64,000 bases of DNA from Nitrososphaeraceae archaeon (GTDB lineage Archaea; Thermoproteota; Nitrososphaeria; Nitrososphaerales; Nitrososphaeraceae): positions 458-64,457 of the forward strand of contig JAICFW010000105.1 of the NCBI GenBank assembly GCA_025923455.1. The letters are read 5' to 3'. The position numbers and the translations under genes were made by a program. Positions 32,419 through 41,583 of the stretch are shown one piece after another. Every line of letters starts with the position of its first letter. Position 1 is the stretch's first letter. The notes under the pieces are model-generated. The model ran no database searches, had not been told where the DNA came from, and worked only from the letters and a program-made list of their open reading frames with translations.

Positions 32419-33078
32419 CTAATCATGGCTGTATAGTTTTTCTCTGACGACCTCGTACGCCTTGGCAGCGTCATCCATACCCAGAATCAAAACTATTTCA
32501 TTTTGCGTAAAAAAGGCATTATACAAAGGAATACGATTGTTGTGTAGTATGGAGAGAACAATTGACAGAACTTCATAAGTATTTTCCTTCTCCGACTGAA
32601 CGGTAATTGTAATTTTTGAGAGTCCATCCTTAATTTCGCCCGGAACACCTTTTGGAGATGATTTGAACATGCTCCGAATTTCATCTATGTCTTCGGCAAA
32701 GATCCGGAATTGCTTGTTCGTCTTGAACATATTGTATCCCCCGCCTAATTCGAATATTTCATCTAGCACTTGATAAGTATCATCACTTTCCTGAAAATCA
32801 ATATCTATGATGCTTCCTGTTAGAGTCATCCTGACTCCATCAAGAATTGGATGAACTTCATAATTATTATCCTCCAGAGAATCCGCGAATCTTTTTATCG
32901 CTACAACAAGCGTATTAATATTTACTTCAGATTTTGTCAGCTTCTCTACCTCAGGTTTGATTTTTTGTGCCAATGCCGTATAGTTTGCTATACCTGTGCT
33001 TAGAGCCTGAAAGAATAACGTATTAGAGCCAATAACCTGTCTCACTGCATGTGGTACAGAAAATGCTTGAGAATACAT
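32419..33078 (-). CDS. Conserved protein with a probable C-terminal ACT-like domain
   Basis: GIANYTALA..IKPEVE N-terminus. LSKITI...LSILHNNRI...NEIVLIL ACT-like region. Confidence 0.65.
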   Translation of the reverse strand: MYSQAFSVPHAVRQVIGSNTLFFQALSTGIANYTALAQKIKPEVEKLTKSEVNINTLVVAIKRFADSLEDNNYEVHPILDGVRMTLTGSIIDIDFQESDDTYQVLDEIFELGGGYNMFKTNKQFRIFAEDIDEIRSMFKSSPKGVPGEIKDGLSKITITVQSEKENTYEVLSIVLSILHNNRIPLYNAFFTQNEIVLILGMDDAAKAYEVVREKLYSHD

Positions 33079-33242
33079 ATCTTTTATATACCATATAAAA
33101 GTAATAAACCTTTCTTGTATGTCTAAAAAGCTACTATATGTACTGGAATTTACAAAATGTTAGAATTTTTACTAGGCATGTTGTATTATAAATTTAACCT
33201 AACTTGTTCTAATAGAATTGACAATGACTTTTTTTAACTAAA

Positions 33243-33545
33243 TTGAATGGAATGTTCGCATTGACAAAGCGTGAATTCATTATAGATAATGGAACTGAAA
33301 AAATTCAGGAGTTAGGCCACCTCCACAAGAACGTTGCAGTCAAATATCTAATGAAGAGGCGAAGATCAGTTTTGATGACAAAAAATCTAGAAAAAGTAGA
33401 AAGTCTTTTTTCTAAACTTCCTAGAAAAATCAGGATAATAGGGAAACAGGTAACTCATAGTTACGAAGTGAACTGGGAGAGACAAGGGGTAACAGAATTT
33501 GAGGGATCTAGATTTGTGTTTACTTTAAAGTCGTTAGACAATTAA
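33243..33545 (+). CDS. Conserved hypothetical protein
   Basis: 100-aa basic ORF. No motif recognised. Confidence 0.65.
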   Translation: MNGMFALTKREFIIDNGTEKIQELGHLHKNVAVKYLMKRRRSVLMTKNLEKVESLFSKLPRKIRIIGKQVTHSYEVNWERQGVTEFEGSRFVFTLKSLDN

Positions 33546-33875
33546 ATCAAACGCCAATGGTATGCTCAGATGATTATTTTTTCATTATTGTTCCTCATAT
33601 CTCTGCTTAGACCCATGGAACTTAGAATTCGCCAACAAATAGCGTCCTACTTTCGTTAACGGGAATGCTCGCTTAACTTTTCGTTAGGATGGCTGAAAGA
33701 ACTTGCAATTCAATTATCTAAAAAATCCTAATGAAATCTTGACTACGATATAATCCCGCTTGTCGATATCATATTAATTTTCACGCATAATGCGGAGCCA
33801 TGATGTTAGAAGAGTATTTATAATATGTAATTATCAAATAATTAAATTCATACATTCTGAAATTGGTGATGACAT

Positions 33876-34088
33876 TTGAAATATCCGATAAGAAATATTG
33901 TATTAGAAAAAATTAAGGAAGTGGGCAACTTGTCGGATAATGAACTCTTAAACAATTTGGAAAAAGACGGAGTACAAATAACCGTGGCTGATTTGAACAA
34001 AACGTTACTTGATTTGGAAATTTTTGGATTGGTGAGAGTAAGCTGGTTAACAAAGGACAAAAGAAGAATAGAACTAGTTACATCCTAA
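33876..34088 (+). CDS. Small winged-helix-like protein
   Basis: 70 aa with LNKTLLDLEIFGLVRV wHTH-type pattern. Confidence 0.65.
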   Translation: MKYPIRNIVLEKIKEVGNLSDNELLNNLEKDGVQITVADLNKTLLDLEIFGLVRVSWLTKDKRRIELVTS

Positions 34089-34125
34089 ATTTCTTCATTG
34101 CTGTTTGAGAGGGTAGTCTTCGAAA

Positions 34126-34896
34126 TTGAATCCCATCTTATATGATTCTCACATACACCTTACTGATGCTGAGTATGACAGTTATTTGCCGTCAATTCTT
34201 GCAACTCTAAAAGGAATGCGAATAAAGGCATGTTCAGTAACAGTCGACTGTGCCACTTCTTCAAAGGCACTAAGACTTTTTGGGGACAAAGATGTTAATA
34301 AAATTGTATATAATTTTGTGGGAATACATCCGCAACATGCAAATGAAGACATCTCACTGTTTGAAGAGATGGTATCTTCCAACATCAAGAGTATTGATGG
34401 GATAGGTGAAATTGGTCTTGATCCGACTTATTACGATAAGGATAGAAATACCGATACCTTGCAGGACCTTGTTTTCAACAAGATGTTAACTCTTGCAGAA
34501 ACGTATGATAGGCCAGTTTCAATACATTCTAGGCAGTCACTTGATAATATTCTAAATCTTTTATCAACATATAATCTGAAGAAAGTATGTCTTCATTGGT
34601 TTGATGGTTCTCCACAACAACTAGAAAGATCTCTAGGGATGGGGCTGCATGTTTCCTACGGGCCTTCGCTAGTTTATTCAAAGAAAAAGCAAGCACTACT
34701 GAAGTTGACAGATGAAGGAAAAATATTAATTGAAACCGACGGACCAGTAAGATATCCCTCGTGTTTCAAAAATATTATTACACTTCCAACATCAACATTA
34801 ATGAGTGTAATAAGAAGCATGTCTGATATTTTTTGCATGCCCCCTAAAGATACAGCAGATAAACTTGAAGAGAATTCCATTTTATTCTTTGATTAG
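34126..34896 (+). CDS. tatD: TatD family hydrolase
   Basis: DSHIHL, GIHP, GEIGLD, IHSR, LHWF and ETDGP motifs. Confidence 0.93.
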   Translation: MNPILYDSHIHLTDAEYDSYLPSILATLKGMRIKACSVTVDCATSSKALRLFGDKDVNKIVYNFVGIHPQHANEDISLFEEMVSSNIKSIDGIGEIGLDPTYYDKDRNTDTLQDLVFNKMLTLAETYDRPVSIHSRQSLDNILNLLSTYNLKKVCLHWFDGSPQQLERSLGMGLHVSYGPSLVYSKKKQALLKLTDEGKILIETDGPVRYPSCFKNIITLPTSTLMSVIRSMSDIFCMPPKDTADKLEENSILFFD

Positions 34897-34923
34897 AATA
34901 GGAATTTGGTTTCTTTAATAGGG

Positions 34924-34934
34924 AAGGTATAAAA
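34924..34934 (+). promoter_or_regulatory. BRE/TATA element of the rps17e operon
   Basis: AAGGTATAAAA lies about 26 nt before the TTG start. Confidence 0.55.
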
Positions 34935-34959
34935 TAGCCTATATGAGTAAAGTCAGATA

Positions 34960-35175
34960 TTGAATAGAGTTAAAAGACTTTCAACGGAGCTCTTAAATCG
35001 ATATCCAGATAAATTTAATGTTGATTTTCAACAAAATAAAAAAAAAATCGATGAGATTGCAAAGGTCAGGTCAAAAGAACTACGTAACCAAATAGCCGGA
35101 TATATTGCCTCATATATCAATAAACAAACAAGAGAACAAAATAAGAAAATTGAACAAGACGTCGATGAAGAGTAA
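34960..35175 (+). CDS. rps17e: 30S ribosomal protein S17e
   Basis: VKRLS.EL..RYPDKF..DF..NKK...SKELRNQIAGYI. Confidence 0.95.
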   Translation: MNRVKRLSTELLNRYPDKFNVDFQQNKKKIDEIAKVRSKELRNQIAGYIASYINKQTREQNKKIEQDVDEE

Positions 35176-35196
35176 AATAAATTTCTCGGCGGGAAA

Positions 35197-35448
35197 TTGA
35201 TAACTTTAAAGCTGCTGGGTTCTATAAAGAAGTATTGTGGCAAAGAGAGTATTATTGTTCATGAAAAGGAGATTGTGCTATCAAATATCTATTCTATACT
35301 TTATCAGAACATGTCTAATTCTAGACATATTGATACAGAAAACCTCCTAATTTTGATTAATGGTGTAGATTTATCAATATCCGAAAATGGTAAAAAAATT
35401 AAATCTGGCGATATCGTAACTATTGCAAACCTAGTTCACGGCGGTTAG
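35197..35448 (+). CDS. Ubiquitin-like MoaD/ThiS/Urm1 (SAMP) protein
   Basis: Beta-grasp size (83 aa), LILING, GD.V and C-terminal VHGG. Confidence 0.9.
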   Translation: MITLKLLGSIKKYCGKESIIVHEKEIVLSNIYSILYQNMSNSRHIDTENLLILINGVDLSISENGKKIKSGDIVTIANLVHGG

Positions 35449-35474
35449 GGAAATCAATAAAACCTGAAAATGGA

Positions 35475-36029
35475 ATGAAAGAAAAAATCATTACAATTAG
35501 TAGCGTTCCACTATATAAAATAGATTCAGTTTATGTGGCAATAATCAGCACCGATACCTTAAATATTACTGATATAGGAAACACTATAGAACCATTTAGA
35601 AAGATGTTTCCAGATGTTATGATTCAAGGTATTAATCCAAAATTCATATTTGGAATAGACCACATATTTGAGGTAATTCAGATAGTTTTAGAATCAAATA
35701 GTAGAAAAATCAATATCGCAAAGAGGTTCGAAATGGAGGTTTTATTGAGACTAATTTGCAGTAATCAAGTTGATAAGGCAATTGACATCGGAGGCATAAA
35801 AAATAACTGTTCAGGTTGTTTCGTTTTACTTTCTGAAAATAAGCGATTGATGGCAGATTCTATAAAATATTTGAGGAAAGCGTTTGTAATACAAAATCTC
35901 TCTTTATTGAATGCGACAACAGATAAGATTAGCTACATTTGCAATAAAATGGGGTTTAGGCGTGGCAATTATAGCAAAACGGAATTTTTGAAAATTCTAA
36001 CCGAAAAAGCCGTACTAGTTTCTCAATAA
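35475..36029 (+). CDS. cgi121: KEOPS complex subunit Cgi121
   Basis: IQGINP.FIFG..HI, AKRFEMEVLLRL..SNQV.KAI..GG, and ending EKAVL. Confidence 0.8.
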   Translation: MKEKIITISSVPLYKIDSVYVAIISTDTLNITDIGNTIEPFRKMFPDVMIQGINPKFIFGIDHIFEVIQIVLESNSRKINIAKRFEMEVLLRLICSNQVDKAIDIGGIKNNCSGCFVLLSENKRLMADSIKYLRKAFVIQNLSLLNATTDKISYICNKMGFRRGNYSKTEFLKILTEKAVLVSQ

Positions 36030-36165
36030 GGGTTCAGTTATACCGAAATAGCTCAAAAGCAACTATTTTTTAAATATTAAGTTATTAATCCGAACCAGCT
36101 TGTATCTTTCAAAATTCTAAAATAAAAAAAATATAGTTAATTTTCGCAATGAATGGAAAGGAGAA

Positions 36166-36657
36166 ATGGGTGCAAAGTCAGATAAGCCTGATATAGGAAT
36201 ATCGCAAATTGACAGAAAAATACTAAAAATTTTGCTAGCTCCTAATGGTCAAAAGACTACTAAAAGTATATCTACAAAATTAGGAATTCCTGTTACTACT
36301 GTTAGGCGAAGACGCAAGCGATTAGAAGGTAAGTTTTTGAAAATGCAATATGTGCTGGATATTGAAAAATTTGGATGGAGGCGAATTGATTTTTTTATTT
36401 CGATAAGAAACGGGATGGTGAATGCTGTTGCCAATAAGCTAATGGATTTTGAAGATGTCACTTACGTCGGCAAGAGTATAGGGGAGCATACCATTGACCT
36501 AAGAGTAGAAACAATTGTAAAAGATAATGCAATATTGCTTGACCTTCTGGAGGAAATTAAAGGCATGGATGGTGTCAAGGATGTAGTATGGAGCGAAATT
36601 GTTAGTGTTGTAGGAAGGAAGATATCAATACCGGTTTCCATTATTGACAAAATATGA
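36166..36657 (+). CDS. Lrp/AsnC family transcriptional regulator
   Basis: IDRKILKIL..NG...IS.KLGIP.TTV.RR HTH followed by a RAM domain. Confidence 0.9.
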   Translation: MGAKSDKPDIGISQIDRKILKILLAPNGQKTTKSISTKLGIPVTTVRRRRKRLEGKFLKMQYVLDIEKFGWRRIDFFISIRNGMVNAVANKLMDFEDVTYVGKSIGEHTIDLRVETIVKDNAILLDLLEEIKGMDGVKDVVWSEIVSVVGRKISIPVSIIDKI

Positions 36658-36669
36658 TTATCGTTATTT

Positions 36670-36735
36670 TTGAGTGACTGGCGGGAGGACTCGTGCTAGC
36701 AGATGATGAAAAAAGGAGTACTGACCCCACCAGTT
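36670..36735 (+). ncRNA. Candidate C/D-box-like small RNA
   Basis: GC-rich island in an AT-rich spacer between convergent genes. ATGATGA at 36703-36709, CTGA at 36721-36724, and terminal ACTGG.GGG/CCC.CCAGT pairing. Confidence 0.35.
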
Positions 36736-36866
36736 TATGAACGTAGAGTATTTGTTATTGGATTCACATAATTTTATTACTATCAACTGAATGAACACCT
36801 TCATACATATACATTTTCAAGTATCAATAATTTTTTTATTTTGTATTGACTCTGTAATATTTGATG

Positions 36867-37388
36867 CTATGAGGATATTTTTTCTTTTACCGAGCTAAAT
36901 ATTTGGTTTGGTCTAAGAATCGATATACCGGCATCCATTTTTACTATTTGGATGAGGATTATCCAATTTGGATTATCCAAATTTACTTTCATTTTCAATT
37001 TGCTTGTAACGGTAGAAATGATTTCATTAGAATGCAATCTTGAATGTCTTTTTTCTATCAGTACTCTATACGTCTCCAGCGCATCAATTTTTCTACCGAG
37101 TTGATTGACAATATCATGAATCTCGGTTACTTCTGCTTTACAATTCATTTCAAGTGGTATAATTCTTAGAACATATCTAAATTTCCAAGGCTCCTTTCTG
37201 ACCATTTCTTTGCATTCTTCCACAAATTGAAAGGGATCTAGACTGGTATCGACTAGAATGATCCCCGAAACAGACGAAACCTCAATCGATGGGTCCTTAT
37301 CACCTATAACCTCTAAAAGTTCCAATATTTCATCAAAGGCATCATCTTCTCTATTTCTAAACGTTGTTACTAGCAAATTAAAATTCAT
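36867..37388 (-). CDS. THUMP domain RNA-binding protein (Tan1-like)
   Basis: Likely start MNFNLLVTT (ATG at 37388). RYVLRIIP, YRVLIEKRHS and VNLDNPNWIILIQI motifs. Confidence 0.88.
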   Translation of the reverse strand: MNFNLLVTTFRNREDDAFDEILELLEVIGDKDPSIEVSSVSGIILVDTSLDPFQFVEECKEMVRKEPWKFRYVLRIIPLEMNCKAEVTEIHDIVNQLGRKIDALETYRVLIEKRHSRLHSNEIISTVTSKLKMKVNLDNPNWIILIQIVKMDAGISILRPNQIFSSVKEKISS

Positions 37389-37548
37389 GATATGTTCACT
37401 AACTGACGAGTCTTCACTCTTACGGTATCTATTTATTCGATAATAACTATTTCGAATTCTTTCTTTTATCAAATGTGATTTAGGAAAATATTGTCTTTTC
37501 ATTAAAGGAATCCAATGTTTTTAATATGCAATATCATATCGTAAGATT

Positions 37549-38334
37549 ATGAGTCAAATCAATATAGTTAAAAACAAACCAGCTTTATTGATTGACGTCA
37601 TAATCGATAATCAGTCAAATAAAGTATTGGTAGTAAGCGATTTGCATATGGGCAGGACAGATTGGTCACAAAATAATGACATCGCATTTGATTGGTATCA
37701 CATCACAACAGAAATTGAGACTGAGCTGCGGGATATTGTTGTTTCAAACAAAGTAGATTCTATGGTTTTACTTGGTGATATTAAAAACAATATCTATAAA
37801 GTAGTAAGGGATGATTGGAATTTAATTCCAAAATTTTTACATTCATTGTCCACATTCTGCCAAGTATATTTAATCCCTGGAAATCATGACTCAAAGATAG
37901 GATTGGTAACGCCGGAGAATATCCATCTAATGGGAGTTAAAGGTATGGTACTAGGTGACATTCTCCTGACACACGGACATACGTTTCCCTCTGAGCTCAG
38001 ATCAAATATTAATAAAATTATTATGGGACACTTACATCCTACATTTTTCAGAGAAAACAGTGTTTTGAATGGACAAAAGATTTGGATTTTTCTGAAGGTA
38101 AAAAAGGAATCTATTTTCCCGAGTACAAAAGGATCACTAGAACTAGTAATGTTACCGTCATATAATAAATATGTTTATGGGAGCTACAGAGTGAGAAACA
38201 AGAGAACAAATTCACCAATTTTAAAAAAGATACTAAGAAAGGAGATTATCGAAAAGTGCTTAATAGTGTCAATAGATGGTACCATTCTAGGTAATGAAAA
38301 TCTACTAGGAGAAGTCTTTAACTCCTCGCTCTAG
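37549..38334 (+). CDS. Calcineurin-like metallophosphoesterase
   Basis: SDLH, LGD, GNHD, HGH and GHLHP motifs. Confidence 0.92.
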   Translation: MSQINIVKNKPALLIDVIIDNQSNKVLVVSDLHMGRTDWSQNNDIAFDWYHITTEIETELRDIVVSNKVDSMVLLGDIKNNIYKVVRDDWNLIPKFLHSLSTFCQVYLIPGNHDSKIGLVTPENIHLMGVKGMVLGDILLTHGHTFPSELRSNINKIIMGHLHPTFFRENSVLNGQKIWIFLKVKKESIFPSTKGSLELVMLPSYNKYVYGSYRVRNKRTNSPILKKILRKEIIEKCLIVSIDGTILGNENLLGEVFNSSL

Positions 38335-41300
38335 TCAATATGATATTTGGATAATGGGTTTATTGATGGTTTATTCTTATTTCGCCACTCTAAACAGTGT
38401 ATGAATGAAATGGCTGATTCAACGGTGGTAAGAACAGGTACTCCCATTTCTACAGCCTTTCTTCTAATTTGATATTCATCGTCTAGCATTCCTACGTACT
38501 TTTCAATGGTAGAAGTAGATGGAATGTTAATTATAAAATCTATTTTCTTGTCATAAAGGAGATCTGCAATATTTGGTTTTCTTACCGGTTCACTAATTTT
38601 GTGAACTTCTTGCACATTTGTAGTAATATTGTTCTTGATAAATTCAGCAGTGTGTTCTGTTGCAAGTAAATTAAATTTCATAGAGTTTATGAGTGAAATT
38701 AAAGAAAGCATTTTTTCTTTATTTTTTTGACCTCCTATGGTTATTAGGGCCGATCCTGAAAGTGGTAAATTGTATCCTGCTGCTTCATAAGCCTTTGACA
38801 AGGCATCATAGAAACTATTACCATGACAAGCAACTTCTCCTGTTGATTGCATTTCGACTCCCAATACAATGTCTGACCCTTCTAATTGCATAAAAGAAAA
38901 CTGGGGTACTTTTATTCCAAAACCGCTTATTTTTAGCCAGGGTTCATTAAGGCCATCCGGCAAGTTCCCGTCAATTATGGCTTTGGATGCTAGCGAAATT
39001 AAATTAATCCCAACTATCTTTGAAACAAATGGCGTAGTTCTAGAGGCTCTGACATTTGCCTCAATAACATATACCTCATCATCCTTGACCAAGTATTGGA
39101 TATTGAGCGGACCCTTCACTTCTAATTTTGTTGCAATCATGTTAGAGTAATCCACAATAGTATTCATTGTTTGTCTGTTCAACCTCCATGGAGGTATGCA
39201 CATCATTGCGTCTCCAGAGTGGATTCCTGCGTTATCAATGTGCTCAATTAAGGCTCCTATTATGACATCCTTTCCATTACACACCGCATCTACTTCTACT
39301 TCAGACGAATCCTGAAAGAATTTACTAATCACAATAGGGTACTCTGGACTTACTTGTGCCGCTTCATTGATGTATCGCTCTAATTGTTCATCATTCCAAA
39401 TTACTTTCATGGCTGCACCACTTAACACATATGATGGCCTTACTAAGACAGGGAATCCTACATTTTGAGAAAATATTTTTGCTCCATCCAAGTCTGTGAA
39501 TTTATTCCAAGGAGGTTGTTTTATATTCAATGAATCGAGCAATCTACTAAATTTTTCCCTATCTTCTGCCATGTCAGTATGTGTACTATCGGTACCAATA
39601 ATCGGAATATTTAGAAGTCCTAATTTAGGTACAAGGTTATTTGCAGTCTGTCCTCCCACACAAGTGACTATTCCCTTAGGGTGCTCCTTTTCATATATAT
39701 CTAGAATGCGTTCTAAAGATAGTTCCTCGAAATAGAGTCTATCTGAGATATCATAATCGGTTGAAACTGTTTCTGGGTTACAATTAATAACTGAAACTGA
39801 TTTGATACCATTCTTTTTTAGGCCCCACACCATGTTAACCGTACCCCAATCAAATTCTACACTACTTCCTATTCTATACGGCCCTGCTCCAAGCACCATA
39901 ACCGAATTTGTTTCTTTCCTATAAACAATATCATCTTTATCTCCCCCATACGTCAGATAAAGATAATTTGTCTTTGCAGGCCATTCTGCTGCTAATGTAT
40001 CAACTTGCTTTACTACAGGATTAATGCCAAGTTTTTGCCTTAACTTTCTGGCACTTATTTCCTTTATACCTAAGCACTGACCTATTTGTGAATCTGAAAA
40101 TCCATACCTTTTTGCATCTCGCAACATACCTTCAGAAATATCAGATACATCGACATTGTGTAGTTTATCAAACATTTCCACAATATTTTTGATTTTTATC
40201 AGAAACCATGAATCAATTATAGAAAGTTTGTTTATTCTGGATATGGGAATTCCCAGTCGGATGGCCTTTACCACATCAAATAATATTTCATCACTTGGAT
40301 ACAACAATTTTTGTTCGACTAGTTCTAATTCTTCCTTCAAATCCTGTTCATTTCCAACAAGACCCATCCTTCCCGTATCAGTCATTCGGATCGCTTTTTG
40401 AAGTATTTCTTCAAATGTTCTACCGATTGCCATGACTTCACCAACTGATTTCATACTTGTGCCAATCCTTCTGTTGACCAATTCAAATTTTTTAAAGTCC
40501 CACCTTGGCATTTTTAGAACTACATAATCTAAGGAGGGTTCAAAACAAGCTGTTGTCGCCTTGGTTATACTATTCACAAGTTCTGTAAGTGAGTAACCAA
40601 GTCCCATTTTTGCAGCCATATACGCCAATGGGTATCCAGTTGCTTTGCTGGCCAGCGCCGATGACCTTGAAAGTCTTGCGTTTATTTCTATTGCACAATA
40701 TGACTCACTTAACGGATCTAAACCAAATTGAATATTACATTCGCCAACAATACCGCAGTATTCTACTGCTCTAATTGCAGCAGATCGTAATCTATGATAT
40801 TCTTCATTATTGATCGTTTGCGACGGGGCGATAACTATATTATCTCCTGTATGAACTCTCATACCCAGAACGTTTTCCATGTTGCAAATCGCAATACTGT
40901 TACCAGTATAATCTCTCATCATTTCATATTCAATCTGTTTCCAAGTTCCAATGTATTTTTCAATCAGAACCTGATTTACTATACTTAATGAAAGTCCTCG
41001 TTGAACAATCTCTTGAAGTTCATACTCATTATGTGCTACTCCTCCTCCCTTTCCACCAAGAGTGTATGCAACTCTGATTATTACCGGATAACCAATTCTT
41101 TGTGCGACATCTAATGCTTCTTTTATATTGTATGCAGGTGAACTTTCAAGTACCGGAACGTTACTATTGATCATGGCTGTCTTAAATTGTTGTCGATCTT
41201 CAGTAATCTTTATGCTATTTATGGGAGTGCCCAATACTTGAATTTTATACTTTTCTAAAATACCTTCATCGTGTAGCGACACTCCACAATTTAATGCGGT

Positions 41301-41583
41301 TTGTCCACCAAAACCTAACATAATTGAATCAGGGAGTTCTTTCTCTATTATTTGGCTTATGTAATATCCGTTTACTGGTAACAAATACACTTTATTTGCG
41401 AATCTAGTGTCTGTTTGGATAGTTGCAATATTGGGATTTACCAATACGGTCTTAATTCCTTCTTCGGATAAAGCTTTGAGACATTGTGAACCGGAATAGT
41501 CGAATTGACGGTCAGAATATCTGACTTTCGCCCGCTTCTCCGATTTTTATTGCTCCGCTTCCTAATACTATTGTTTTCTTTAT
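38331..41583 (-). CDS. carB: Carbamoyl-phosphate synthase large subunit, split gene: join(41583..41527, 41504..38331), about 1076 aa after splicing
   Basis: ORF 38331..41444 has both ATP-grasp halves and the MGS domain but lacks the N-terminus. KKTIVLGSGAIKIGEAGE (41583-41527) and FDYSGSQCLKAL (from 41504) lie upstream in different frames, separated by 22 nt. Confidence 0.95.
41505..41526 (-). other. Putative 22-nt BHB-type mRNA intron in carB
   Basis: GGCG-AA^A-GUCAGA-UAU-UCUGAC-CGUC-AA^U: 4-bp central helix, 3-nt bulge and 6-bp intron hairpin. Excision restores the frame and the GEFDY motif. Confidence 0.85.

Noticed and set aside
41444-41504. Reading carB as a 5'-truncated gene or pseudogene starting at TTG 41444
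   Set aside because: The missing conserved N-terminus is present upstream and is restored exactly by removing the 22-nt BHB element. The rest of the gene is intact.
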